Positions 24,241 through 36,639 of a DNA stretch of 64,000 bases are shown piece after piece. The notes beneath the pieces were generated by a model. That model did not search any database and was not told where the DNA came from. It worked only from the letters and a program-made list of their open reading frames with translations. The stretch's first letter is position 1. Every line of letters starts with the position of its first letter. Made by a program: the position numbers and the translations under genes. This DNA is from Eledone cirrhosa (Eukaryota), in contig OZ024745.1 in the NCBI GenBank assembly GCA_964016885.1, positions 31,558,001 through 31,622,000 of the forward strand, in the 5' to 3' direction.

Positions 24241-24309
24241 AAAAAAATAATATGCCTCATTCTGTTGGACCCTTCCTAAAAACTGACCTTATCCTAAAGT
24301 TACCCATTT

Positions 24310-27300
24310 CCTACACTCCCACCCCACACACCACCATTCTTATTTGGTCCAATCATAACTCAGCGGTTTATAGTAAGTTCTCTTACCAATCTGTATAGCA
24401 AAGCTACCACCTTGGTTATTACTCCTTAAGTTTAGACCTGGTTGTTTTTCGGTTTGCTAAGTGGACTGCGGAATTTGGAAAGTATGTACACTCAATGACA
24501 ATGTCACAGATGAAGATAAACTCATCTCCCGCTGCAAGACGAGAAGGCAAGGGCGTCTCTTTATTTCAGACATGGCTGACCAACATAATTCCGTCTCCCA
24601 CACGCCTCCAATCCATCCATTCCACCCACCCAACTTCAGAGTTGGTACGATGAATGTAGGCACACTGAAAGGTCGCTCAAATGAGGTTGTAGAGATGCTT
24701 GAATGTAAGGAAGTTGATGTTTGTTGTGTTCAAGAGACTAGGTGGAGAGATGGGTCTGCTAGATTCATTGTGGGTAAAAAACGATGCTATAAACTTTTCT
24801 GGGTGGGAAATGACAACGGACTGGGTGGAATTGGAATTATGTTAGCTGAAAAATGGGTAGATAAGGTAATTGCCGTAAATAGAGTGAATGACAGAATAAT
24901 TGAATTAAGACTAGTTCTAAATAGAACTACTGTGACAATAATATCCGCTTATGCATCTGGTCTACCTGACGTTATAAAGGACAGGTTCTATGAGTCGCTA
25001 ATGCACACTACCTCGCAAATAACCGACAGCAACTACTTAATTATTGGTGGTGACCTAAATGGTCACGTTGGACAACATAGTGATGGCTATGATGGAATCC
25101 ATGGAGGCTATGGGTTTGGTAATAGAAATGATGAAGGCTTCAGAATCCTGGAATTCTGTGACGCTAATAACCTAACTATCTGTAACACAAACTTCAAAAA
25201 ACAAGACAATCACTTGATCACCTACAGATCAGGGGAACACACCAGTCAGATAGATTATATCCTTACTAGAAGATGTGACAAAGTGTCTGTTGTAAACACT
25301 AAATCCCTTCCTCGTGAAGAATGCACCTCCCAATATAGCCTAGTAGTTAGTGACCTCATAGTCAGGACTAGACGTACTCGACGACAAAGAAGGACTACCT
25401 TGAGGAGAGGATTATGGAAGTTGAAAGTTAACCTACTGAAGGCAACAGATGAAATCTGTGGCTGGAGCAGACTTATAGGCAGGAGGAGAGTAACTTGGTG
25501 GTGGAACAGTAAGGTGGAGGAGACAATCAAGGCCAAGAAGTATGGCGGCATGGGGGAAGTAGAGAACACTATCAAGTGGCCAGGAGAGGAGTTAGGAGAC
25601 AAGTGTACTTTGTAAGAAGGGAAGCAGAGGATAAAAAGTTCAAGCATGTTCTACAACGTGAGGACAAAAAACGTGAGGTGTTCAGGATTGCAAGACAATG
25701 TGTCAAGGAAAACCGTGATATTGTCCTTAATGATAATTGTGTACTTGCCCTCACTGATACCGATAAGAAGGTAGCTTGGAGTGTCACTACGAGAGACTAC
25801 TAAATGAGGAGAATAAATGGGAAAAAGATAGTCTGCCCCAAATCAATCCAATAGAAGGACCAGCGGTGCAAGTTAAAGGTAGTGTAATAAGTAAGGAAAT
25901 CAAAGATATGAAGACAGGCAAAGAAGCTGGGCCTTCAGAGATAGTTGCTGAGATGTTGAAACCATCTCGAATCGTGGGACATACTATGGTCACCCGGATA
26001 GTAAACCAGGTAATACAGAATGGGGTCATACCAAATGACTGGCGTAGCAGCAGCATCATTAACTGCTACAAGGGTAAAGGAGATGCTCTAGATAGAGGAA
26101 ACTATAGAGGCATTAAGTTAGTTGACCAGGTCATGAAGGTCACAGAAAAAGTTATAGCACAACTAATCAGAGATCGAATTGATCTAGATGAAATGCAGTT
26201 TGGGTTTGTGTCAGGTAAATGTACTACAGACGCTCTTTTCCTTGTACTACAGGAGAAGTACCTAGCTAAAAGTAAACCCCTCTACTTAGCTTTTGTTGAC
26301 TTGGAGAAAGCCTTTGACAGAGCCCCCCCGCTCCATTATTTGGTGGGCTCTTAGAAAACTAGGTGTAGATGAATGGCTTGTGAGAGCTATACAAGCCATG
26401 TATAAAGAAACAGTCAGCAAGGTTAGAATTAACAATGAATATAGTGAAGAATTTAGTGTAAAAGTTGGTGTTCATCAAGGCTCTGTCCTTAGACCCCTCC
26501 TATTTATTATTGTACTTCAGGCTATAAGAGAGGAATTTAAGACTGGCTCCAAACATGGAAGCATGGCCTAGAATCAAAAGGCCTTAAAGTTAACTTGTCT
26601 AAGACTAAAGTTCTAGTATGTAGAAAGGAAAATAGGGCACAGGTGCCCTCTGGAAAATGGCCATGCTCAGTGTGTAGGAAAGGAGTAGGTAGAAATTCCA
26701 TTTTATGTCCCAAATGCAAACTATGGGTACATAAAAGATGTAGTGGGATCACAGGTAAACTATCTAAGAACGTGGATTTTATATGTGGCCGATGCTCAGG
26801 TGCAATAAGTAGCAAGTGCCCACAGGATATTAGCTCCTTCTATTGCCCAGATGGTTCTATAGAGATAGTGGACACTTTCCGTTACCTGGGTGACAAAATC
26901 AGCAGTGGTGGAGGGTGACCAGAAAGTACAGTAGCCAGAGTCAGAACGGGATGGAAAAAGTTCAGAGAGCTTATACTGCTGTTGGCCACAAGGGTTTTTT
27001 TCTCTAAAAGTGAAAGGCAGATTGTATGATGCTTGTATATGAACAGCAATGTTACATGGCAGTGTGACAGAGGCATTGTGTGCAGAGGAGCTGCACTGAC
27101 TGGAAAGGAACAAAGCATACATGCTCCGCTGGATGTGTAATAGTAATATACGTGAACGGCAAAGCATAAATGAACTAAGTGAGAAATTAGGAATAAGAGG
27201 GATCAGATGCTGTTTACTTGAGAGAAGACTACGTTGGTTTGGACACATGATGTGCATGAAAGACGACAGCTGTATAAAAAAGTGCAGGGCGATCAAAATT

Positions 27301-27865
27301 GATGGAAGTTACGGAGTAGGTAGACTCAGAAAAACCTGGGACGATTTGATCAATTCCGTACTTACACACTTGCACCTGTCTAAGACAATGCCACAGGACC
27401 GAGATCTTTGGCGCTACGCAGTAATACAGAAGACCCGCCTTGCCTAAGTACAAAGCGAAACCTACAGTCAGTCGGTACCTCTTAACCAAATATACACCCA
27501 AATCCACTACCCCTACCCTATCCTCCCACTCCCACCAACACCAACCTTTCTCTGTAAAGTTGGTACCACAACATCCAGTCCAAATAAATGAGATAATGAG
27601 ATCGAGATCGTGTAGGTGTCACGAGAAAAAAACACACAGTCCACTCTGTAATGTGACCATGTAGGTAACACGGTAAAAAGTTCCCAGTCCACACTGTAAA
27701 TGTGGTTGGTGTTAGGAAGGGCATCCAGCCATTGAAAACCTGCCAGATAGTCCTGTATGAGCGAGACATGGTGACCCGACCAACCTTGCCTCAAGTGGGA
27801 CAACTCCCGTCTAACCCATGCTAGCGTGGAAGATGGACGTTAAACGATGATATGATGATGATGAT
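24310..27865 (+). mobile_element. near-full-length RTE-clade LINE, frameshifted
   Basis: APE domain (GTMNVGTL, CVQETRW, GDLNGH, SQIDYIL), RT (NYRGIKL, FVDLEKAFDR, VHQGSVL), Cys-rich CSVC..CPKC..H..C..CGRC domain, RLRWFGH, (GAT)n tail. Confidence 0.95.
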
Positions 27866-28250
27866 ATATATATATACTATACGTACAACCCACACACAAA
27901 TACATCACACACACACACACATACACACACAACCACATACATACACACACAAACACACATATGACAGCACAAGAGACATACACACACACACAACATAAAC
28001 AGACATACACACACATACAACACACACAAGCACACACATACAACACAAACAAACGCACACACACACAATACAAACACACACAAGCGCATACATATAATAC
28101 AAACACACACAGACATACAACACAAACACACACAAACACACACAATACAAACACACACACAAGCACATACATACAACACACACATACAACGTTAACACAC
28201 ACACATACAACGTTAACACACACACACAGCACCCACATACACCCACAATT
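27866..28250. repeat. degenerate (CA)n microsatellite
   Basis: Low-complexity CA/AT tract. Confidence 0.95.
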
Positions 28251-28617
28251 ACAGCAGAGATACAAGAAATTCAACAAGACTATTTCATTTGATAACTGTA
28301 ATAAACAGTTTTTTGTTGTCTTTAAATCTATATTTTCAATACATTATTATTAGTTTTATTTTAAAAATATACATTATAAAAGACTAACAAACAACAAATA
28401 TTAAAGTATTACTGTTTTATTTTAAATTGATAGGTATGTGTGAAAAACAGGTTTAATTTCCAACTAGGAAGTCAGAAAATTGATCGCAGTTGATTTGTAA
28501 TGTCATAAGCAAGTGAGGAGTAAAACTGTAGAATTAGTATTTTATAGAGAGGAATAGTGAAGTAGGTAATCAGAGAAAAATAACAACAATGAAAATAACA
28601 ACAGTAATATCAAAAGT

Positions 28618-28745
28618 GTTGTTGTTGTTGTTGTTCTTTTTGTTGTTGTTGTTGTCGTCGTCGTCGTCGTCGTCGTCCTCCTCCTTCTTCTTCTTCTTCT
28701 TCTTCTTCTTCTTCTTCTTCTTCTACCTCCTCCTCCTTTTTCTTC
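28618..28745. repeat. compound trinucleotide microsatellite (GTT/GTC/TTC/CTC)
   Basis: Visible directly. Confidence 0.95.
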
Positions 28746-28747
28746 TT

Positions 28748-29030
28748 ACTTCAAATCTCACAGAGGTTAGCTTTAGCTTTCATCCTTAGGAAGTCAATAA
28801 AGTAAAGTACCAGTAACGTACTGGTTCATTTTAATCAACTTTCCCCTCTCTCCAAAATTATTGGCCTTGTGACCAAATCAGAAGCCCTTTACACCCCTTT
28901 CTGATCTGAGTTCAAATCCCGCCGAGGTTAACTTTGCCTTTCATCCTTATGGGGTCGATAAAATAAAGTACCAGTAATGTACTGGGTATTTGCTGGCCTT
29001 GTGCCTAAAGTAGAAACAATTATTATTATT
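28748..29030 (+). mobile_element. two 5'-truncated tRNA-derived SINEs
   Basis: B-box and 3' body, ending in an (ATT)n tail. Confidence 0.85.
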
Positions 29031-29032
29031 AA

Positions 29033-32000
29033 ATGTTCCCCGCATCAATTGGAGACTACCGAGGGAACATCACCAAATGAATATTCACGGACATTCTCGT
29101 GGAGAAACCCACCACTGGTTGGAGGGATGAATCGTCCACCCCCTTCCTAAAAAAGAGCCACAGGTAATTTTTGTACTTTTCCCCCCTCATTTGTTTTCCT
29201 CCTATCCTAGCCAACATGGCTTCTCTCAGAATAGGTAGCATAAATGTACGTGGCCTGGATTCGTCTTGGAAGCAGGGCCACCTGCTGAACGATCTCAGGT
29301 CGCTAAACATAGATGTGATGGCCATCAGCGAGACCAGAATCTCTGAAGTATGGGCATCCACACCCATTTTTGGCGGCTATGAGGTGTACACATCTCCAAG
29401 CCGTCACAGATCTGGCGGGGAGTGGCCGTGTTGTTCCGGAGAAGTCTGGATCTCGAGATACGGACCCAGAAGGTAAGTTGGTGGTGCTGGACGTGACCAG
29501 CGGAGAAGGACAAGCTTTCAGGCTAGTGGCCGTCTATGCCCAAACGGAGCAGGACGGCCTGAATTCCTCCGGCGTCTGGAGACCTTTCTTGGAATGTCCC
29601 GCTCTTTAGTGTTAGTGGGCGACTGGAACGGGATCTTAGATGCACGCTGGGATTGTGTGGGATTAGTGGAAGGGGAGGAGTGTGTTAAAGCCTCACAAAC
29701 TTGCTCAGACGTTTTTACCTCTCTGACAGGTACCGGTTAGATTTCCCGAATGTGCCAATGTGGACTTGGACAAACCATATCGGGTCATCCAGATCATATC
29801 TAGATAGGGTATTTTGTAGGGAAATAGATAGGTCTAGCATAGGCTGTCCACAATTCAAGATAGTCAGCTACACGGACCACAAATTCGTGATCTGTGTGGT
29901 TGACTCAGATAGGCTTCATAGATAGGGACCCGGATACTGGAAGCTAAATGCGTCGTTAACAGCGCTCAAAGCTTACAGAGACCGGATTAGCGAATTAGTT
30001 AAGTGGGCGTTGACAGGGGCCATCGTCAACAACAAATGGGGGTTTGCCCTGAAAAGAGCGATTAGAATAGAGTCCATTAGGTTTAGTAAAGCGTTAGTAA
30101 GAAAGAAAAATAGAGCAGAAAGAAATCTAGTTAGCAAATTAGATGAGGCGCTTAGTAAAGGCATGCGACCGACGTGCTTGCGGCGAAATTGGCTCTCGAC
30201 CAATTTTTCAATGCTAAGCACGAAGGCTGCGTTGTCAGAGTTAGGGTGCGTGCTCTTAGACACGAGGGGACGAAAGCCGTTCAGTGGGCCCGGGTGGCGG
30301 AAGTGCATCGTGACAACAAAGCCACGATCCGGTCTTTGGCGAACCACAACGGGCGCATAATATTCGATCCCGGGTAGATGTGTGCGGCTTTTCAGCAGCA
30401 CTTTGCTCAGCTGTTCGGGGGCAGTGGCAGAATGGACTTCAGTGCCTACCTCGACGGACTGCCGTGGCTCTCGGCCAGTGAGGCGGAGTGTTGCGAAAGG
30501 CTGATAACAGCTGCTGAAGTATGGAAGGATGGTCTGCGCTACAAATTTTACATTCATATACCAGACTTGTTCGAAGACTCTTGGTGGACGTCTACTGCTA
30601 CTGGCAGCAGAACGGGAGAATTCCCAGCTCTGTGAGCCGAGGAGTGGTGGCACTGCTGAGAAAGGATCCGAACAAGGGGGATAACATAGAAAATTTCAGG
30701 CCCATAACTCTGCTAAAAACAGACTTCAAGGTTTTGGCTAAGGTACTAGCAAAGAGGTTGGCGCTTGTCGTTGGTGGTCTGGTGGGAGAGTCGCAAACAT
30801 GCGCCATTCAAGACAGATCCATCCACGACAACCTCCACCTCATGCGATACATCGTAGAGAAGGTAGCTAGGGAACCTGGCATGGGTGGGTCTTTGATCAA
30901 TTTAGATCAGTCAAAAGCTTTCGATAGGGTCGACCATCGTTATCTGGTGGCAGTCCTAAGAGCAGCTGGCTTTGGGCCTGTCTTCAGAGGTTGGATTGCT
31001 GCCATGCACAGCGACATCTGCTCTTGTGGCGAGAGTGAACGGTCACCTTTCGGAACTGTTCAACATCATGCGCTCTATCCACCAAGGATGTCCTCTCTCG
31101 TCCTTGTACGTATTGACTCTCGAGCCATTACTGCACAAACTGGAGATGTTGAGGGGGATCCCGCGTGAACTAGGATGCGGAAGAACCATGTCAGCATATG
31201 CGGACGATGTCACCGTAGTGGTCTCGAACGCCAAACACATCGAGGCGATCGGCACTTCACTAAGAGAATACAAGGTAGTGACAGGAGCAATGATCAACCA
31301 GGAAAAATCAGTAGGCCTGCAACTCGGCACCTGGAGAGGCAGGTCCATGCTGTCCAGCAGCATCGTCAGGCGCTGGACAGACGGACCGGTTAAATTGCTA
31401 GGGTCTGGTTCGGTCCGGACATCCAGACAGACAAAAACTGAGAGGAGGTTACGAACAAGGTGGCTTCTCTCACCCAGAAATGGCGCTCACAGCCCTCGAC
31501 CAGTCGAGCAATACAATCCCTGCAAATTCCACCTTGGCGTTCTATAGAGTATTAGAGGAGGGAAAGAGCAACGATGTTCTTGGGAAGACTATAGGTGTCA
31601 ACAAAAACCAACTAGCCAATCTCTTCGGGAGAACTTTCAGGTTGGGGCCCATGGACAACTTCCAGAAATCCCTGGCCTGGCAGTGTTACCGAGAAGCCTT
31701 GCCAGTTCGGGATAAACTCTACAGACATGGAGGTGCCATCAGCCGGGCTTGTCCGAGATACACGCAGGGCGATGAAACCGTCCTGCACGCACTCGTCCAG
31801 TGTCCGACATTGCTGATTTGTGGGTTTATGCTGAACACCTGCTGTCATGTGTAGAATGGATCTGGCTATCAGCTGATTCCATTGTGAAAATTGCCCCGCC
31901 GCCTTCCTTTAGCCAAGAAGGGAAGGCAGTTTTTATCTGCCTGGTGGCCATGGTAAAAGAGATTGTATGGTGGACACGTCTGAAAGGGTTGAAGAGGAGT

Positions 32001-32403
32001 ACTTTTGTCTTTGGTGACACCCTCATTAACTTTTTCAGGTTTCACCTGAAAAGGAAAATCAGGGTGGAGAGGGAAGTGCTGACTTCCAGCCAGTTTGTTG
32101 AAAGGTGGATGAGAGAAGCAAGAATGGCCCGAGTGAATGGGTCTACCCTGAGCGTGTGCCTGTAGCATTATAGGAGGAAAACTGGAAGAGGGCATTTGCC
32201 CTAGCGGTCAGGGTAACCGTGGCTTTTCTTGTGGGCTTTCTCCATGAGCAACCCTCGGAAGTCTCCCCCCTATTGGGGAATTTTTCATTGTTTGCTTTTT
32301 GTCACATACTCTGTTTTTTTTTTTTTACAGAAATGCCCATTTGTATTGTCCTGTGTTGTCCTTAATGTTATACTTTGTGTCAACCCTTGTGGTTAATAAA
32401 GAA
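29033..32403 (+). mobile_element. Tx1/L1-clade LINE, ORF2 frameshifted and internally deleted
   Basis: GSINVRGL, AISET, GDWNG, SYLDRV, TDHK, WKLN, RPITLLKTDFKVLAK, LDQSKAFDRVDH, QGCPLS, AYADDV, zf-RVT CPRY..ETVLHALVQC, AATAAA 3' end. Confidence 0.92.
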
Positions 32404-32409
32404 AGCATT

Positions 32410-32630
32410 ATTGGCAGTATCGGTAGAGGGTTGGACGCAATGCTTTGATGCAAAGAGTTACGGCCCTTTATGGTCTGAGTTCAAATCCCGCCGAGGCTAA
32501 CTTTGTCTTTCATCCTTACGGGGTCGATAAATAAAGTACCAGTCACGCACTGGGGTCGATTTAATCGACTTTCCCCTCCCCCAAAATTGCTGGCCTTGTG
32601 CCAATATAAGATATCATTATTATCATTATT
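32410..32630 (+). mobile_element. tRNA-derived SINE, long variant
   Basis: A-box and B-box plus the extra tggggtcgatttaatcgact segment absent from the short variant. Confidence 0.9.
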
Positions 32631-33012
32631 ATTATTATGGTTATTATTAGTGATGGTAGTAGTAGTGGTGATGTCAGCGGCAGTGGTGGGGCTGGTAATG
32701 GTTGGGCTGGTAACGGTTGGTCTGGTAGGGGTGTTGGTAGTCGCAGCAATGATGATGAGAATTCATCTCTGGAGACATCAGTAAAAGATTGATTAGTAAT
32801 GTACAGGTCTGTAGTTTAATTCTGAACTTGAAATCTATATAGATAATAGATCGGCAGATAGTGATACATAGAGAAATATCTCTATCTAATTCTGTAATGA
32901 CTTGATGGCTTTCATATCATTTTCTAATAATATGTATATGAATGTGTAGACATACATATATACATACATGAATATATACATACTTACATAAAACCATACA
33001 TGCATATATATA

Positions 33013-33330
33013 TGGTGGCTGCCAACTCGTTTTCGAGTACGGCCACTACTTTATATCCATGTAGGAAAACCCCTACCGATGCGCTGAACGAGTGTGACTT
33101 TTTAGTCCAGCCAGCGACTTGAAAACTCTGGTACAAACACTACACTTGTGACAATTATTGACACATAGTGCTGGGCCCATGGTACCATGTGACGACAAGT
33201 GCAGAGAGATCTCCTGATATAAAGCAATGCCTGTGCCATGAAGCTTTTATAGTGAGCAAAGAGACTGTACAAAGCCAGTCCCACTCTCTTAACCAAGATG
33301 ATATTTACCAAAAAGAAGAACAAGTCAACA
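33013..33330 (-). mobile_element. 3' end of an RTE-type LINE with C-terminal C2H2 finger
   Basis: Minus strand HKCSVCTRVFKSLAGLKSHTRSAHR*, short UTR with a stem-loop (ctcgaaaacgag), then simple repeat. Confidence 0.55.
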
Positions 33331-33339
33331 TCATATATA

Positions 33340-33610
33340 TATACATACATGCATATACTTACATAAAACCATACATGCATATATACATACTTACATAAAA
33401 CCATACATGCATATATACACACTTACATAAAACCATACATGCATATATACATACTTACATAAAACCATACATGCATATATACACACTTACATAAAACCAT
33501 ACATGCATATATATATACATACATGCATATATACATGTATGCATAAATGCATACATACATACATACATGCATACATACATGCATGCATAAATGCATACAC
33601 ACACACGCAC
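33340..33610. repeat. 32-bp minisatellite (acttacataaaaccatacatgcatatatac..) and CATA microsatellite
   Basis: About 5 tandem units; one further unit at about 32980. Confidence 0.9.
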
Positions 33611-33964
33611 ATCATCGCCATTTAACATCCACTATCCACGCTAGCATGGGTTAGATGGGTTGTTTCATTTGAAGTAGGTTGGGTCAGATAACTGTATTTT
33701 GTTCATAGAGCAGAATACAGTCACCATATATATATGAAAAAGCAATGTTGTCTCTGCTTGAGACAAAGCGAGAGTGTATTTGAATTCATATAAAAATGAG
33801 AAAAATTATCGCTAGAACAGCTGTTAAAACAGCTAAATGCTGTCAAAGACAGTGATGAGCAAAAATGCTTCAGAGGACTGAGACCAGCAGTCAGTGGTCA
33901 ACAGAGAGATAATCCACAGGTAGATGAAATATAACTTACATTGTGACAGGCAGATGAAACATAC

Positions 33965-34320
33965 ATTGTGTGCACCTTATGGATTTTCTACCCACCTCTT
34001 TCTGACATATTGAGCATGGTCACTTTCCTGTTTCCTTTCCTACTTATTGAGACTTTCGTCTTCACTAAATTTACTTTTAAGCCTTTCAACTTAAGGTTCT
34101 TTTTTCATGCTTGAAAATTTGCTTCTAACTCTTCTATGAACCCAGCTATGAGAACTAGGTCGTCAGCACAAACAAGCTTCCATGGAGCATCAGTTTTAAA
34201 CTCCTCAGTGATGGCCTGATGTACAATAATAAATAGGAGTAGACTGATGACTGATCCCTGGTGGACTCCTACCTGCCTTATAAATTCATCCCTGTACTCA
34301 TTGCCAACTCTCACTCTGTT
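33965..34320 (-). mobile_element. RTE RT fragment
   Basis: VGVHQGSVISLLLF...LVCADDLVLIA. Confidence 0.85.
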
Positions 34321-35691
34321 GGTTGCTCAATATACACAGTGAGTCTATAGACATGTGAATATGTTAAAGTGACATATTTCCCTGTAGATCAAAACAAGAA
34401 TTAATATCCTTTATTGATTTTATCATCAGAATATATCTAAAGCACTGATCAATCACAAAGGAATACATAACTGATGATCTTAAGTATACATTCATGATCC
34501 TGTAACTCCCGAGGAAGTTGTAGGGGTGCTGTATTGACATACAGCATTTCTAGGGCACTTTTAAACTTGGCAGAGCTCAATTCTCTCCAGGTGTGAATAC
34601 AGCAGGTTTCTTCAACAGAAGGATAGAGAGTAAGAGAATGGAAGTGAGAAAGATATATGGATGAAGAATCGACCCCATTACTATACTGGTACATTTTTTA
34701 TTGACTTTGAATGGATGGAAGGTAAAGTTGACCTCAGTGGGATTTGAACTCAGTGGGAGAGCAGAGAACTGAAACAAATACCGTAAAGCATTCTATTCAA
34801 CATTGTAACGATAGCCAATTCGCCACCACAACTGATTGTCTTATAAAGCCTACCAAATGAAATGGAGGTGCTAATTAGTGATTATACTGATGGATAATTT
34901 CACTGTATATTGAATTATGTGCCAAGCAGCCCAAATATGCAATCAATACATATGTGTACATATATAGTAGGATTAACTGAGACTGGTTGAATGTGTATAT
35001 AAATATATAAAAATATGTACATAAATATACACATATATAAGCATATAACCATATCATGCTTATGTATTTTGGGTGTGTTGATAAAAAAAAGTACCAGTAA
35101 TACACTGAAATAAATGCAGTTGACAAGAATCAATGTTTTAGGATTCGAGGTTGTGCTGTCTTGAGAAAATCTATTTGAAAGAAATCAATATTTCAATTCT
35201 ATTTAGTGAACATGATTTTCTTCAGACTTTGGCTCTTGTTTCTTTCTCTCTCAGCATACCACTCTGACTTATCATATTGAAAATACTGCTTTCTTCTTTA
35301 GAATATGTGTTATGACATACACATGTCATGTTAATTCCTCTCTGTGCCACATGGTCTAGCTTTAAAGAAAACATTTTGATTTTTCATCAGTCTTTTTCAA
35401 TTAAAAATGAAAGGAAAAATCCTTTGAAGAATTTATCATTATATTTTTTCCTTCATAAATGTTTTATATAATCATTGCTATATTTGTTATTGTCTCTCTG
35501 CTATTGTAATATTATAGAGTTTAAGAATGTTGCATGGCACCTTATTTTTTCCTCATGGTTCATTCTAGACTGTAAGAGACCTTGATGGTCGTTTTCAATT
35601 TAAAGATGAATGGTATAAGAAAACTCTTAGTCTTATTTGTTTCTGCAATTTCGGTCATTGCGTCACCTATGCAATTATGTTAATTCCTTTC

Positions 35692-35722
<31 letters not shown>

Positions 35723-36059
35723 GAGAGAGAGACTTAGATAAATTGATATAGGTACATGTTTGAAATAATTGTATTCCAATAAAGAAATAGATCAAAATGC
35801 TCTTTGGGTAAATTTCTATGCAGAATTATTTAAAATAATACCATTTTCATTGTGGAAATAAGAGTTCTAGAACCAATTCTTTTTTTTTTGAGGGTCACTA
35901 CTTTTTATTAAGTGCAAAGCATATAAATAAATTTACAGTAGAATAACATAACAAATATGTTTTAAATATATACATAAATAATATTACAAATGCTTAGATA
36001 AATTGCTTACGATTCTTTCAGAAGGATATATTCTTTTAATGTTGCAATATTAAAGAAAA

Positions 36060-36270
36060 TGTAAAGGAAGGGTTGAACAACCGAGCTAACTCCAGAGCAA
36101 AAGACAGCAGCGTCGCGAGGAGTACCGGGCAACCTCTCTAATGATATTTGAGGCAAGCCAGCACACTCGCAGCGTTGCCTCAGGTGATGGCGAGGCTAAT
36201 GCGCTGGAACAGCCAAGCACCCTCGCGAGATTCGCCAGTTACCTCTAGTCAGAAGATGGCGACAAGGAAG
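36060..36270 (-). mobile_element. 3' end of a CRE-clade non-LTR retrotransposon
   Basis: Minus strand TGESREGAWLFQRISLAIT*GNAASVLACL matches the CRE C-terminal FQRISxAxQRGNAAxV motif. Confidence 0.75.
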
Positions 36271-36639
36271 GACATTTGACAACGTCTTCCCAAACTAAAT
36301 ATAATATTATCACCAAAAACTGTCCTTTTAACACATGTGAGATGGATTACAATATTCATTATTACAAATACTTTGACTGTTCCCTGACTATTAGTACCAG
36401 CATCAACATAAAATTACTTTAACGAAGTATATTTGATTTTCGCCAACAAACCACATGTGGACATGAACGAAAAACAAAAATCACTACATCCTTTAGGGAT
36501 CACAGTAAGTATTTCACAAAATCTTTAAACAACAATATACACACAGATTTATATATAGATACATATCACACACGCATAAACAAATAAGTGAAAAGAAACC
36601 ACACTATTTCGTGTGAGACAATATACCGGCCAATCTTAC

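Noticed and set aside
34320-34620. Possible exons after polypyrimidine tracts on the minus strand
   Set aside because: No recognisable protein and no clean donor; one runs into an RTE fragment.
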